A stretch of DNA of 64,000 bases from assembly GCA_963778115.1 (NCBI GenBank), contig CAVZSV010000004.1, positions 1,184,001 through 1,248,000 of the forward strand, read 5' to 3'. This DNA comes from an uncultured delta proteobacterium. GTDB taxonomy: Bacteria > Bdellovibrionota > FAC87 > UBA2466. A model generated the notes under the pieces. It saw only the letters and a program-made list of their open reading frames with translations, did not search any database and was not told the DNA's origin. Each line of letters starts with the position of its first letter. The first letter of the stretch is position 1. The position numbers and the translations under genes are program-made. This document shows, piece after piece, positions 10,354-20,769 of this stretch.

Positions 10354-10710
10354 TCACTCTGGCTCGACGATCACAGCGGTTCCATAGGCCAACACTTCCG
10401 AACATCCTTGCATCACTTCCGTAGCGTCATAGATCATCGCTACTATTGCGTTGGCTCCCATTTCCGAACCATGCTGCAACATAAGTTCAAAGGCCTCGGT
10501 ACGCGCGTGTTCGCACAACTGCGATAACAATGTGATGTTCCCCCCAAAGAGGGTCTGAAGCCCCACGAAAAAGGATCCCACGACCGAACGCGATCGCACG
10601 GTAATCCCTCGAACAACTCCTAGATTCTTTACGATCTTATAACCTGGAAGTTCAAGGGCGGTGGTTACCATGGAATGGTGGATGCGATCGTCTCTGATTG
10701 CCGGCTGCAT
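10354..10710 (-). CDS. YbjQ/UPF0145 family protein
   Basis: [41 protein letters not shown]. Confidence 0.92.
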   Translation of the reverse strand: MQPAIRDDRIHHSMVTTALELPGYKIVKNLGVVRGITVRSRSVVGSFFVGLQTLFGGNITLLSQLCEHARTEAFELMLQHGSEMGANAIVAMIYDATEVMQGCSEVLAYGTAVIVEPE

Positions 10711-10776
10711 AATATCCTCACTTCTTAGGCTAGCTACATTGACTAGCTATCTTACCTAAAGGTAGCCTCTCTCGCC

Positions 10777-11028
10777 ATGGGACTTAAAGAAGATTTCGAC
10801 CAGGCCGCAAAACAGGTAATGAACCTCACCACTCGCCCCAGCAATGATATTTTGCTTAACTTGTACGCCCTCTACAAACAGGCAACCGAAGGGGATGTCC
10901 GAGGAAAGAAACCAGGGGTTTTCGACCTCAAAGGACGTAAGAAATTCGAGGCATGGGAGGCTCTCAAGGGAAAAGCGAAAGACTCAGCACAAGTAGATTA
11001 TATCGCTCTGGTGCAGTCGCTTCTCTAG
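10777..11028 (+). CDS. Acyl-CoA-binding protein (ACBP)
   Basis: LLNLYALYKQATEGD..KPGVFDLKGRKKFEAW..YIALV signature. Confidence 0.93.
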   Translation: MGLKEDFDQAAKQVMNLTTRPSNDILLNLYALYKQATEGDVRGKKPGVFDLKGRKKFEAWEALKGKAKDSAQVDYIALVQSLL

Positions 11029-11031
11029 TGA

Positions 11032-14000
11032 CTACTTGCCGAGTAAAATAGCGATCGAGTTACTCCCCGCGTTTACCACGGCGATGTCCGTCTTATGGGC
11101 CCCTGTGAAATCTCCTAAGAAACTAGCGCTAGGTGTCGTCCCTCCGCTGGCGTACGGTAAGGCAGACCCAAACGTCCCGTCTCCGTTTCCAAAAAGGACA
11201 CTCGCGACCGAATCATTACTATTGGTAATCACCAGATCTTGCCGCCCGTCCGCATTGAGATCAGCCACGGAAATGCTTGTGGGAAGATTGCCGGAAGCAT
11301 AGGTAACTTGGCTCTGAAAAGTACCGTCGCCATTGCCTAAATAGATGCTAAGCGCACTACTCAGTTTATTAACAACGGCCAAGTCCACTTGGCCATCTCC
11401 ATTAAAATCACCGACGACAACCCCACAGGGCTGAGATTGTGCCGGATAGGTAACTTGGCTTTGGAACGTCCCATTGGCTTTTCCGATAAGCACACTAATA
11501 GTGCTACTGTTTAGGTTTGCCACAACCACGTCGACGATTCCGTCCCCATTAAAATCTCCCGCGGCAATGCTATAAGGCTCAGCGCCCGTCGAATAGGTGG
11601 TCTGAGTTTGGAAGGTACCGTCTCCATTACCCCATAGGACGCTTATGTTGTTACTCGAATAGTTCGCTACGATAAGATCTAACTTACCGTCGCCATTGAC
11701 GTCAGCGATCGTAATTGCCCGGGGATGGTTTCCTACAGAGTAAGCGACTTGTGTCTGAAAAGTTCCATCGCCATTTCCAAGTAAAATACTGACGGTGTTG
11801 CTTGAGTAGTTACTGACCGCAAGATCCGGTTTCCCATCGCCATTCAGATCGGCTACCGCGATCCCATCGGGGCCAGCTCCTGTGGGATACGTAATCTGAG
11901 TTTGAAAGGTTCCGTCACCGTTGCCCAGAAAAATGCCTACAGAATTACCCGAGTAATTTGCGACGACCAGATCGCTTTTTCCGTCGCCATTAAAATCCCC
12001 GCCGGAAATGCTTTCGGGACTTGCCCCCGTCGTATAAGTCGTTTGAGTTTGGAAAGTGCCATCCCCGTTGCCCAAAAGAACCGCCGCCAAATCCGTTCCC
12101 GAGGTCGCTATGACGAGGTCTTGCTTTCCATCGGAGTCAAAATCAGCGGCGGCAATGCTATTAGGAGTGGCTCCTGTCGTCACATCAGCATGAGTCTGGA
12201 AAGTGCCATCCCCATTACCCATTAAAACACTCACCGCGTTTCCGCCTGAATCCGCTACGACAAGGTCCGGATTGCCATCATTATTGAGATCGCTCGCTAC
12301 CACTGCAATGGGACTATTTCCTGTTGCGTAAGTGACTTGGGGTTCGAAAGTGCCATCCCCTACCCCAAGAAAGATCCCAACCGTATTGCCATCGAAATTG
12401 GTAACGACAATATCGGTCTTACCATCTTTATTAAAATCGCCGGCAGCAACACTATAAGGAGTCGATCCGGCTGTATAAGCGACCTGGGGTTGGAAAGTCC
12501 CATCACCGTTCCCCAGCAAGACGCCCACCGTGCCATCAGCTCCGTTTGCGACAGCCAAATCCAATTTACCATCTCTGTTAAAATCGGCGACCACGATGCT
12601 TAGGGTCTCTGCCCCGGTCGCATAGGTTACGCGAGGTTGAAAAGTTCCGTCTCCGTTTCCAAGAAGGACGCTGATGGTACCGCTAAAGACATTCGCGACC
12701 ACAATATCCACTTTCCCATTTCCTCTAAAATCCCCCAGCACCACGAAATAAGGAAAATATCCTGAAGCGTAGGTTACCTGGGATTGGAAAGTTCCATCGC
12801 CGTTGCCCAGCAAAACACTAACCGTATTGTCCGAGCGATTAGCGGCGACGATATCAACAAAGCCATCTCCGTTCACATCCTGAACCGCAACACTCGTAGG
12901 TTCGTTGCCGGTGGAATAGGAAACCGGAGCTTGGAATGAACCGTCACCATTTCCGAGAAAAACTTCCACGGTGGCATTTCCTTCATTGGTCACCACAACA
13001 TCTTGATGCCCATCACCGTTAAAGTCCGCTGTCGCTACATTGTAGGGGCTTGATCCGGTGGGAAGTTGCGGATGAGGAAAGACCCCGTTTCCTTGACCGA
13101 ATGTCGTCGTTTGAAAATTGAGTGTCGCGTTTCCGGTAAATGCTAGATCGGGTAGAGGCGTTCCCGATCTTGCTAAGATCACTTCGCCAGGGCCGCTGGC
13201 AAAACCGAGCATCGCATTCGTTTGGACATATCCGTTCGAATCGCTCACCTGCACGGGAAGTGGGACCGCAAGGTCACCATATTTTTTCTGAAAATAGAGG
13301 CTGATCCCACTGACCGGATTTCCTAAGCCATCCACGACTTGCGCTTTGAGCGCAATGGCAAGTTCGGTATCGGGATTTTGTATTTGATTATCACCAGAAA
13401 TATATACGAGGTGATCCGCTTCACGGATGTAGTTAAACCCCGCCGAAAGAGTACCTGTCTGCGCGTCCAAATTTGTGACTACCACGTTCTGAGGTCCCTG
13501 ATTGGTCGTAGGACCGGTAGTGCAGGTGATATTGACAAGAGAATTTACCGTGACGCTAAGACAGGGGGTAGTGCCGACCATGACGGTAGCCCCCGTGCGG
13601 AAATCCGTTCCGGTAACCGTAATAGCGGTTCCCCCTGTGCTCGGGCCCGTGTTTGGTGAAACCGTGTTGACCGCCGGCGCGGCATAGTAAGTATAGCCAC
13701 TCGTCAGTAGCGCTTGTTGGAGATCCGCATTGACTACGGTTACATTCACCACTCCTTCCATCGACGCAAAAGGAGTCAGGCAGGTGATCGTCGTCGCGGA
13801 TACGACAGTAACTCCCGCGCAAAAGGCGCTTCCCAATTGAACCGTTGCTCCCGCGTGAAAGCCAGCACCCGTCAGTGTTATCAAAGTTCCTCCAGCCGTG
13901 GGGCCAGATGTCGGGCTAATCAAAGATAGGACAGGCGGTCCCAAATAAGTAAACCCGTTGCTCAGCGTGCCTGATTGAGTGTCCGAGTTGGTTACCGTAA

Positions 14001-15459
14001 CGTTCACCACCCCAGGAGCGATCGTCGAAGTGGTCGCGCAAGTTAACGTCGTGGTGGAGATAATATCGAGAACAAGACAAGGGGAGCTTCCGATACTTAC
14101 CAGAGCATTCGCGTTAAAGCCGGTTCCTGTTATCGTTACCGTGGTATTGCCGGTGACCGGTCCTACGTTGGGGCTAATCGACGTGACCGTCGGAGGATTA
14201 CTATAGGTAAAGCCATTGGCAAGAGCCGCCGACTGTCCATCCGGATTGGTAACCACAACATCGTCCGTGCCCGCCGCCATCGCAAGACCCGTGGTGCAGC
14301 TCATGCTAGTCGAAGAGTTGACCACTGGATTAAGACAAGTAACGGTACCCACTTTTACGGTGGCACCCGGCAAGAAAGTAGTTCCCGTGAGAGTAATCGT
14401 AGTTTCCCTGTCGACCGGGCCGTAACTAGGCGTCACTGAAGTCAGCGTCGGAGCAATATCGTAAGTGTAAGCGTTAGTATCGATAACGGTTTGAAGATCT
14501 GTGTTGGTCACTGTGACATTTACGGTCCCTCCGCTAGCACTAGCTCCCGTCGTGCAAGTAAGAGTCGTGGAAGAGACTACGGTGACAGAACCGCAAGCGG
14601 TGCTCCCCATAAGGACCGTGGCTCCGGAACGCAATCCCGTTCCCGAGATCGTGACCAAGGTACCGCCGTGTTGAGCACCAGCGGCTGGAGAGAGGGAACT
14701 TATCGTAGGTGCCGCGTAATAGGTGAATCCATCCGACAACATTCCCGTAAGCGAACCGGGATTGGTCACCACGACATCCACGGTACCTGCCACATGCGAA
14801 GTAGCCGTGCAGGTGAGGGTGGTGAAAGAAACCAAAGTGGGTGAAAGGCACGGAGCTCCTCCGACAGTAACCGTGGCACCAGAAACAAATTGGCTTCCTG
14901 TGATAGTAACCGCCGTACTTCCCGTCGCATCCCCGAAACTCGGACTGATGCTGGTTATCATGGGAGAGACTACTCCTCCCGTCCCAAATATCGTTTGTTC
15001 GGTGACATGCTGGTTAGTGCCGTCGCTCCATTGCAAGGCGAGTGTGGTATTGGCAACTCCGTTCAGCGTAGGGGAAAACGTCACAACCACGGTGCAGGAA
15101 CTATGTTCCGTCAGTACCGATGTGCACGTTCCCCCGTTCCCTGGATAATATCCCTGTTTGTAGACAAAGGGGGCGGTGAGAGCCATTCCGCTAAGTCCCG
15201 TGACGTTGAGATCTCCTGAGTTAACGACGGTGAAGACAGCGTCTTGCGAGGCCCCCAGGTTCACCTGACCAAAATCGAAATCGGTGGTAGACGAAAGGGT
15301 AGTCGAAGGATTTTCGGAAATTCCCCCACTCATGAGGCTAGCCTGACTAAACGTAACGGCGGCGGGTGTCGCAGTACTGTCGGAATAGGGGGAGCACGCG
15401 GTAAAAAAGCAAACCGCTCCTACTCCAAAAGAGATAAGTAAATATTTTAAGAACCCCAT
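11032..15459 (-). CDS. Large surface lipoprotein/adhesin: ASH-like Ig domain, 6 IPT/TIG domains, Ig-like linker, 14 FG-GAP/VCBS repeats
   Basis: Lipobox-like FTAC; six P-x-(I/V/L)-x-x-x-(S/T)-P-x-x-G IPT starts; 14 repeats of D(F/V/L)NxDGxxD..GNGDGTFQ. Confidence 0.9.
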   Translation of the reverse strand: MGFLKYLLISFGVGAVCFFTACSPYSDSTATPAAVTFSQASLMSGGISENPSTTLSSTTDFDFGQVNLGASQDAVFTVVNSGDLNVTGLSGMALTAPFVYKQGYYPGNGGTCTSVLTEHSSCTVVVTFSPTLNGVANTTLALQWSDGTNQHVTEQTIFGTGGVVSPMITSISPSFGDATGSTAVTITGSQFVSGATVTVGGAPCLSPTLVSFTTLTCTATSHVAGTVDVVVTNPGSLTGMLSDGFTYYAAPTISSLSPAAGAQHGGTLVTISGTGLRSGATVLMGSTACGSVTVVSSTTLTCTTGASASGGTVNVTVTNTDLQTVIDTNAYTYDIAPTLTSVTPSYGPVDRETTITLTGTTFLPGATVKVGTVTCLNPVVNSSTSMSCTTGLAMAAGTDDVVVTNPDGQSAALANGFTYSNPPTVTSISPNVGPVTGNTTVTITGTGFNANALVSIGSSPCLVLDIISTTTLTCATTSTIAPGVVNVTVTNSDTQSGTLSNGFTYLGPPVLSLISPTSGPTAGGTLITLTGAGFHAGATVQLGSAFCAGVTVVSATTITCLTPFASMEGVVNVTVVNADLQQALLTSGYTYYAAPAVNTVSPNTGPSTGGTAITVTGTDFRTGATVMVGTTPCLSVTVNSLVNITCTTGPTTNQGPQNVVVTNLDAQTGTLSAGFNYIREADHLVYISGDNQIQNPDTELAIALKAQVVDGLGNPVSGISLYFQKKYGDLAVPLPVQVSDSNGYVQTNAMLGFASGPGEVILARSGTPLPDLAFTGNATLNFQTTTFGQGNGVFPHPQLPTGSSPYNVATADFNGDGHQDVVVTNEGNATVEVFLGNGDGSFQAPVSYSTGNEPTSVAVQDVNGDGFVDIVAANRSDNTVSVLLGNGDGTFQSQVTYASGYFPYFVVLGDFRGNGKVDIVVANVFSGTISVLLGNGDGTFQPRVTYATGAETLSIVVADFNRDGKLDLAVANGADGTVGVLLGNGDGTFQPQVAYTAGSTPYSVAAGDFNKDGKTDIVVTNFDGNTVGIFLGVGDGTFEPQVTYATGNSPIAVVASDLNNDGNPDLVVADSGGNAVSVLMGNGDGTFQTHADVTTGATPNSIAAADFDSDGKQDLVIATSGTDLAAVLLGNGDGTFQTQTTYTTGASPESISGGDFNGDGKSDLVVANYSGNSVGIFLGNGDGTFQTQITYPTGAGPDGIAVADLNGDGKPDLAVSNYSSNTVSILLGNGDGTFQTQVAYSVGNHPRAITIADVNGDGKLDLIVANYSSNNISVLWGNGDGTFQTQTTYSTGAEPYSIAAGDFNGDGIVDVVVANLNSSTISVLIGKANGTFQSQVTYPAQSQPCGVVVGDFNGDGQVDLAVVNKLSSALSIYLGNGDGTFQSQVTYASGNLPTSISVADLNADGRQDLVITNSNDSVASVLFGNGDGTFGSALPYASGGTTPSASFLGDFTGAHKTDIAVVNAGSNSIAILLGK
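11035..13070 (-). repeat. 14 tandem FG-GAP repeats, 49-aa (147-bp) period
   Basis: Counted in the translation; DNA copies are diverged at synonymous sites; boundaries approximate. Confidence 0.85.
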
Positions 15460-15655
15460 CCAAAAACTCCCATAACGTTCCGCTATTTACATTATACAGG
15501 GAATCAACGCGCCGCACGAAAAGCCCCTGTCATAACTATCGAGTTTCGTACGCAATCTTGGGGTCGAATATGTACCGAATTTCACAATGATGAGGATTGA
15601 CTCAAAAGCGACTCACCTTAAAAAAAATGGGGGACAAAAACGCTCTCAGCGAAAA

Positions 15656-15673
15656 TGTGAAGAAAACTTCACA
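15656..15673. promoter_or_regulatory. Inverted repeat TGTGAAG-AAAA-CTTCACA, candidate activator site
   Basis: Perfect 7-bp arms about 190 bp upstream of the sigma54 promoter at 15860. Confidence 0.45.
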
Positions 15674-15859
15674 GTCTTCTTCCGGTGATCCCGGTTAGGA
15701 TTTTCCGACTTGGGAAATCACAAGAGATAACTTAGCGCGTAAGAAATGATTCGGTAACAAGACGGCGCCGTCTGAAAAAATTATTCAAAAAGAGTGGTGC
15801 TATTTCGGCCCGTTCCCCTAATGACCCCACCTTTTACGGACAGCCGGGGCGTTTTTCAC

Positions 15860-15875
15860 TGGCATGGGACGTGCA
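15860..15875 (+). promoter_or_regulatory. Sigma54 -24/-12 promoter of the EPS operon
   Basis: TGGCATGGGACGTGCA (GG-N10-GC), about 80 nt upstream of ATG 15957. Confidence 0.75.
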
Positions 15876-15956
15876 CACTAAACGAGTAGAGTCTCGAGCG
15901 GCGAGAAAGGCGATTGGATCACTAGCCGCCCTTGGGGTTTGGGGAGAAGAAAATAA

Positions 15957-16640
15957 ATGGGCGAGTATTTTTTTGAACGCAACGCTTTGACTTTCAAAGG
16001 CGCACTCGGTTTTCCCGTTGATATGGAACTACCTAGCGCTGAAGGAGCCGCCAGAGCCGTAGTTCGCACCGGGATCGACTGGTCAGAGAGATTCGTAGCT
16101 ATCGTGATGACGATGCTGCTAAGCCCTGTTCTGCTATTCACGGCACTGCTAATCAAACTGACCTCTCCGGGTCCCGTACTCTACCGACAAATCCGAGTCG
16201 GAAAAAACGGAAGGCCTTTTGACATCTACAAATTTCGAAGCATGATCGCGGATGCCGAAGCCAAGACCGGGCCGGTCCTCTCACGGCGATCGGATGCTAG
16301 AGTCACGCCAGTGGGAAAGTGGCTCAGAAACGCCCATTTGGACGAACTGCCGCAGTTAATCAATATCATCCGTGGAGATATGGCGTTTATCGGTCCCAGA
16401 CCGGAAAGGCCTGAGTTTGTGAACCAGTATGCCGCGGCCATCCCGAAGTATAAAATGCGCCATGCTGTAAAGCCGGGAATCTCGGGATTGGCGCAGGTCT
16501 GCGGCAGCTACGACGCTTCTGCGGAAGAGAAATTGACGTACGATCTCATTTTCTTGGCTCAGAGGACCTCGTTGAAACTGAACCTCTTCATCTTATATAA
16601 CACGGTAATGAAGATCGTCGTGATTCGCTTCAATGAATAA
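15957..16640 (+). CDS. Priming sugar transferase (Bac_transf, polyprenyl glycosylphosphotransferase)
   Basis: GPVLYRQIRVG, KFRSM, DARVTPVGKWLR..LDELPQL, GPRPERP, KPGISGLAQV. Confidence 0.95.
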   Translation: MGEYFFERNALTFKGALGFPVDMELPSAEGAARAVVRTGIDWSERFVAIVMTMLLSPVLLFTALLIKLTSPGPVLYRQIRVGKNGRPFDIYKFRSMIADAEAKTGPVLSRRSDARVTPVGKWLRNAHLDELPQLINIIRGDMAFIGPRPERPEFVNQYAAAIPKYKMRHAVKPGISGLAQVCGSYDASAEEKLTYDLIFLAQRTSLKLNLFILYNTVMKIVVIRFNE

Positions 16641-17460
16641 CATTCCAAAATGTGTTCTCACGTTCGATGTCGAGGACTGGTTCTGCGTCCGAAACATGCG
16701 AGAGCAGATTCCCTTCGAACGCTGGGATGAACAAGAGCTTCGGATTCATGAGGGGCTTACTTTCATTTTGCGTGAGCTAAAGAAAAGGCAAATCCGAGCC
16801 ACTTTCTTTGTCTTGGGATGGATTGCCGAACGAGTGCCCCATCTGATTCGTGAGATCGCAAAAGATGGGCATGAAATCGCCTGCCATGGCTATTCCCATC
16901 AATTGATAGACACTCTAACCCCCGAAGCTTTCCGAAAGGATACCGAGCGATCCCTGGAAGTCCTGACCCCTCTGGCAGGTCAACGGATCCGCGGATTTAG
17001 AGCTCCCAGTTTTTCCGTCACCAAAAAAACGCTTTGGGCCATCGATATCTTAAAATCACTCGGGTTCGATTACGACAGCAGCATCTACCCCACCCGCCAT
17101 CCCGATTACGGAATCGCTGATTTCGGAACTCAGCCAAAAAAGATCTGCGGCCTTTGGGAGATCCCCATGACGAGCGTTTCGTTGGCTGGGGTCTCCCTTC
17201 CCATTTCAGGCGGTGGCTACTTCAGACTCTTCCCCTATCGCATGACTCGAAGACTGCTCCGGCGAGCCGCAACAGAAGGAGCCGTCATTCTGTACTTCCA
17301 CCCTTGGGAGTTTGACGTGGATCAACCCAGGGTCTCCCTACCCCTCCTACGCCGTTTTCGTCATTATGTGGGCTTGGATGAAAACCGACAGAAATTCCAA
17401 AGACTCTCGGATGATTTTTCGTTCCAAACCGTGGACGAATTAATGAGCGATCTGGCGTAA
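16633..17460 (+). CDS. Polysaccharide deacetylase, PEP-CTERM locus/DUF3473 type
   Basis: TFDVEDWF, ATFFVLGWIAE, HEIACHGYSH, GFRAPSFS, GGGYFRLFPY, YFHPWEFD. Confidence 0.92.
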   Translation: MNNIPKCVLTFDVEDWFCVRNMREQIPFERWDEQELRIHEGLTFILRELKKRQIRATFFVLGWIAERVPHLIREIAKDGHEIACHGYSHQLIDTLTPEAFRKDTERSLEVLTPLAGQRIRGFRAPSFSVTKKTLWAIDILKSLGFDYDSSIYPTRHPDYGIADFGTQPKKICGLWEIPMTSVSLAGVSLPISGGGYFRLFPYRMTRRLLRRAATEGAVILYFHPWEFDVDQPRVSLPLLRRFRHYVGLDENRQKFQRLSDDFSFQTVDELMSDLA

Positions 17461-17620
17461 GCCAACCTCTAATGCGTCGCACCAAAAGGTGCCTTTGGGA
17501 ACTCGCCGAAGCAACCTCGTCGCATAAGTGCCACGTTGTCGTACCTTGTGCCCCTATAACGCCCATCGACCGCTTGAAACCCCTTGTCGCGAGTGTTATT
17601 CCCCTCAGTAGGGGTGTAGC

Positions 17621-18439
17621 TTGCCTACGTCGAAAAAACGCGAATTCCTTTCCGTTATTCTCTGGGGATTAGTCGGACTCGTCGTAACTGGTTTTTATGC
17701 AGGGATGGCAAAACCGGTTTACGAAACAACGGCGTCGGTCGTTCTTTACCGCGATCGAATCGAAAATCCCAACGCGGTTTCTGAAGAGGGCAAAAACCGC
17801 TGGGTTTGGGTCAGAGATGGACTAACCCTCACGGAAGGGCTAATGTCAGACGAAACGCTTGAAGCTTTAGTCGCTAAACAACCCAAACTTCAAGATCGCT
17901 ACGACAATTTCAAAGCCCACCAACTTAAACGTCACGTCCTAAGACATTCCGACGATGAAATGCCGGTTTTCCTAAACCGTCTTCGAAATCAGATCAAGAT
18001 TGAATATACAGGGGGCGACTCGAATACCTTTATTTTTACGGTCAACGATAGATCACCCGAAATCAGCCAATACATCGCCCAAGCTATCATTGAACGGCTA
18101 AGGAAACTTTGGGTCATCGATCTCGATGACGCCTATGCATCCGCTCTATCGGCCATTTCCCAAGAAATAAATAAGGCCGGCCCTGAAGCCACTTCATTGG
18201 CGAGTCGGAGTTATTTGCGAAATACTTACAATGGCCTTCTTGTGGAAAGCCGCCTGAGTGCAGTGATGGCCGAAAAAACTTTTCAGATCGTACGGCGACC
18301 TGCCTTCCCCGTCTCTCCCGTTTGGCCGCGTAGCAACTTACTTTTGACTTTAGGGGCCGGAGTAGGATTATTGGTGGGCTTTTTTCTAATGCTTCTTCGA
18401 GATTCAACGAAGGATCGAAGAAAGCGTGGACGTGGATAG
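17621..18439 (+). CDS. Wzz/polysaccharide co-polymerase-like protein
   Basis: N-terminal TM then PVYETTA; C-terminal PxxPVWPR then Gly-rich TM. TTG start is uncertain. Confidence 0.7.
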   Translation: MPTSKKREFLSVILWGLVGLVVTGFYAGMAKPVYETTASVVLYRDRIENPNAVSEEGKNRWVWVRDGLTLTEGLMSDETLEALVAKQPKLQDRYDNFKAHQLKRHVLRHSDDEMPVFLNRLRNQIKIEYTGGDSNTFIFTVNDRSPEISQYIAQAIIERLRKLWVIDLDDAYASALSAISQEINKAGPEATSLASRSYLRNTYNGLLVESRLSAVMAEKTFQIVRRPAFPVSPVWPRSNLLLTLGAGVGLLVGFFLMLLRDSTKDRRKRGRG

Positions 18440-19724
18440 ACGTCTTAGAGAATTTCTTCTCTCGCCACAGCCTTATATCCTGCTTTTTCTATTTTTCGAA
18501 ATCACGTCATTGAACACCAAAGTAACCTTCCTAAGAGATATCCACGCGGAACTTCTATTAGTGATAGCAATAACTTTTCTCTCCTTGCTAAATCGCCTCT
18601 ACCTTCAAAGAATTTCTTTCTCTCTCAAAGAGAGAGAGCTCTTTATTCTTTGTGGTTTTATCTTTCTTGCGCCTTTACTCTCCTCACTGGCCAATCGGGG
18701 ACGTCTGGACATTCTAAATCAAGAGGAGTTCAAGAGCTGGACCAAGGCTCTTATGGTCTGTCCCTTTCTCTATTTTAGTTTCAAATCTCCAAAACGACGG
18801 CACCTTCTTATCGACGTTGTTCTGTTTTCCCTAGTCGTGTTTGAGATTGTTTTTCTATATCGTTATTTCGTGTGGGGAGAAGCCAGAGAGTTTGATTTGC
18901 GGCCGCTCATTGAAATGAAAAATGGCGATCCTAATTTCATCTGTACATTCCTAGCTCTTGGAGTCCCCCTTGCGATTTACCGATCACGATCGCTGGGGAG
19001 TGTTTCGAACAAAGGCCTCGTCCTTTTGATGGTCGCTCTCACCTTATTTTTCATTTATGGCGCCGCCGTTACTCAATCGCGGATGGGTCTCATTTCGGTC
19101 GTAGCCTCTTTGATTTACCTTCTTACTAAAGCTAAATTGCCCTTCAGTAAGAGCGCTACGTTCTTGTTTTTAATCGGTATGGTGGCCGTGGTGACCTACT
19201 TCTATGGGCAAAGCCTATGGCATCGCTTCGAGACTATCGATGATGAGTCGACTCACGGAAGGCTAAAGAGTTACCAGAACGGAATTGCGATGTTCGAACA
19301 GAGCCCCTGGTTCGGCAAAGGTTGGGACGCCTCACCCAACTATTATTTCCAACATACGGGCTACCCGCTTTTTAGATCGGATCCTGACACCCATTCTTTG
19401 GCGGTTCACGATACTCCGCTTCAACTTTTGGCGGATCTTGGTCTATACGGTTTTGCTACTTACCTGTGGCTTGCCCTATTCACGGGGCTTTCGATTGCTT
19501 ACGGATCGAAGCGCAATGACACCATGGCCGTTTGTTGCGGCGCTGCTTTTTTGGCCCTGGTTCTGAATTTTCTGACCCTTCCCCTGGCAACCAAGGACTT
19601 TGGGATCCTTTTTCTGGGGCTCTTGGCAACTCTCACCCAACGGGAAGGGGAATTAACCGAGAAAGCCATTCCGCTTTCTCCTTCCAGCTCTCGGTCTTCA
19701 ATCGAGACACAAGATCGGGCCTAG
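18426..19724 (+). CDS. O-antigen ligase/Wzy family membrane protein
   Basis: Multiple TMs; DPN, TQSRMG, GRLKSY..PWFGKG, VHDTPLQLLADLGLYG. Confidence 0.85.
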   Translation: MDVDRRLREFLLSPQPYILLFLFFEITSLNTKVTFLRDIHAELLLVIAITFLSLLNRLYLQRISFSLKERELFILCGFIFLAPLLSSLANRGRLDILNQEEFKSWTKALMVCPFLYFSFKSPKRRHLLIDVVLFSLVVFEIVFLYRYFVWGEAREFDLRPLIEMKNGDPNFICTFLALGVPLAIYRSRSLGSVSNKGLVLLMVALTLFFIYGAAVTQSRMGLISVVASLIYLLTKAKLPFSKSATFLFLIGMVAVVTYFYGQSLWHRFETIDDESTHGRLKSYQNGIAMFEQSPWFGKGWDASPNYYFQHTGYPLFRSDPDTHSLAVHDTPLQLLADLGLYGFATYLWLALFTGLSIAYGSKRNDTMAVCCGAAFLALVLNFLTLPLATKDFGILFLGLLATLTQREGELTEKAIPLSPSSSRSSIETQDRA

Positions 19725-20769
19725 TATTTTCCTCGGGACGCTCGAGAATAGCCTCGAGGAGACGAAAAAAATCTTCGCGATTCTTTGCCAAAAAAAGATG
19801 GTCTTTAAATAACTCTAACTCTACAAGTTCGGTCGCCACGACCGGCCTTCCGGTGGCCAGGTACTCTTTAATCTTGAGCGGATTGATGTAACGAGTAAGT
19901 GCATTAACATGATAGGGCAAAATAAAGACTGAAACGTCTTGTATCGCCTTAGGGAGTTCTGGGTAAGGAATCTTTCCGTGCCACACTATGTTGGTCTGTT
20001 GCGACAATGATGAAACATCCACCACGACATCACCGATGAAATGGAATTCAACGCCAGAAAGACGCCTCGCCAAACCGAAAAGAAGATGCAGATCCACTCG
20101 CTCGTCTATCAGACCAAAGAAGCCTACTTTTTTTCGGTTTCCTTTTGGCGCGCCCTTGAGTCGGAAATGCTCCAAGTCAACGCCATGGCTTAGTAGTTCT
20201 ACCCTAGGGTGCTTGGGCTTTCTATCTTCCAACAGGCTCTTCGAGGTGGTCAGCACCAAATCCACTTTTTTGAGAAGCTGCTCCTCCATCGGCCTGACTA
20301 GTTTCGCGTCTATGCCAGGCCACAATGAAAATTCATCCACGCAATAATAGATGGAGAAACTTTCTTGGAAGCTGCCAACAAAATCACTGGAGCTGGGAAT
20401 GCAAGTCATCAGGACAGGTTTTCTAAAGCCCAGTTTTTTCATCGAGCGGCGAACTTTGGCAACCACCCATTTTCGATTTAGCCAGCGGACGGCTCCGAAC
20501 TGATTGTAAGGAATCATGATAGGGCTAATGACAGTGATATTAATGGGCAGCGGCCGCTGCTTTTGTTTCTTTCCCAGACGAAACCACTGGCCCAATTTCT
20601 CCACCACTCTCTTTAGGTCATAGAGCGAAAAATTAGGAGATCTCATCCCGATAGTCTGTACCCATAAGACTTCATTTTCGGGCAATAGATGGCGCACTAG
20701 GTGTTCCAAACAGTGCGGGTGGCGATCGAAGTCTTCTCCAAAAACGATAATCTGGCGTCCGTGTATCAT
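19633..20769 (-). CDS. Glycosyltransferase, GT-B fold, TuaH-like
   Basis: YYCVDEF, HGVDLEHF, GFFGLIDER, NPLKIKEYLATGRPVV. Confidence 0.88.
   Translation of the reverse strand: MIHGRQIIVFGEDFDRHPHCLEHLVRHLLPENEVLWVQTIGMRSPNFSLYDLKRVVEKLGQWFRLGKKQKQRPLPINITVISPIMIPYNQFGAVRWLNRKWVVAKVRRSMKKLGFRKPVLMTCIPSSSDFVGSFQESFSIYYCVDEFSLWPGIDAKLVRPMEEQLLKKVDLVLTTSKSLLEDRKPKHPRVELLSHGVDLEHFRLKGAPKGNRKKVGFFGLIDERVDLHLLFGLARRLSGVEFHFIGDVVVDVSSLSQQTNIVWHGKIPYPELPKAIQDVSVFILPYHVNALTRYINPLKIKEYLATGRPVVATELVELELFKDHLFLAKNREDFFRLLEAILERPEENTRPDLVSRLKTESWKEKAEWLSRLIPLPVG

Noticed and set aside
11036..15441. Many plus-strand ORFs within the FG-GAP/IPT gene
   Set aside because: Antisense shadows of a repetitive Thr/Val/Gly-rich gene; no motifs or RBS.
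15656..15673. CRP site linking the EPS locus to the cyclase
   Set aside because: Spacing is TGTGA-N8-TCACA rather than the canonical N6; kept only as a generic inverted repeat.
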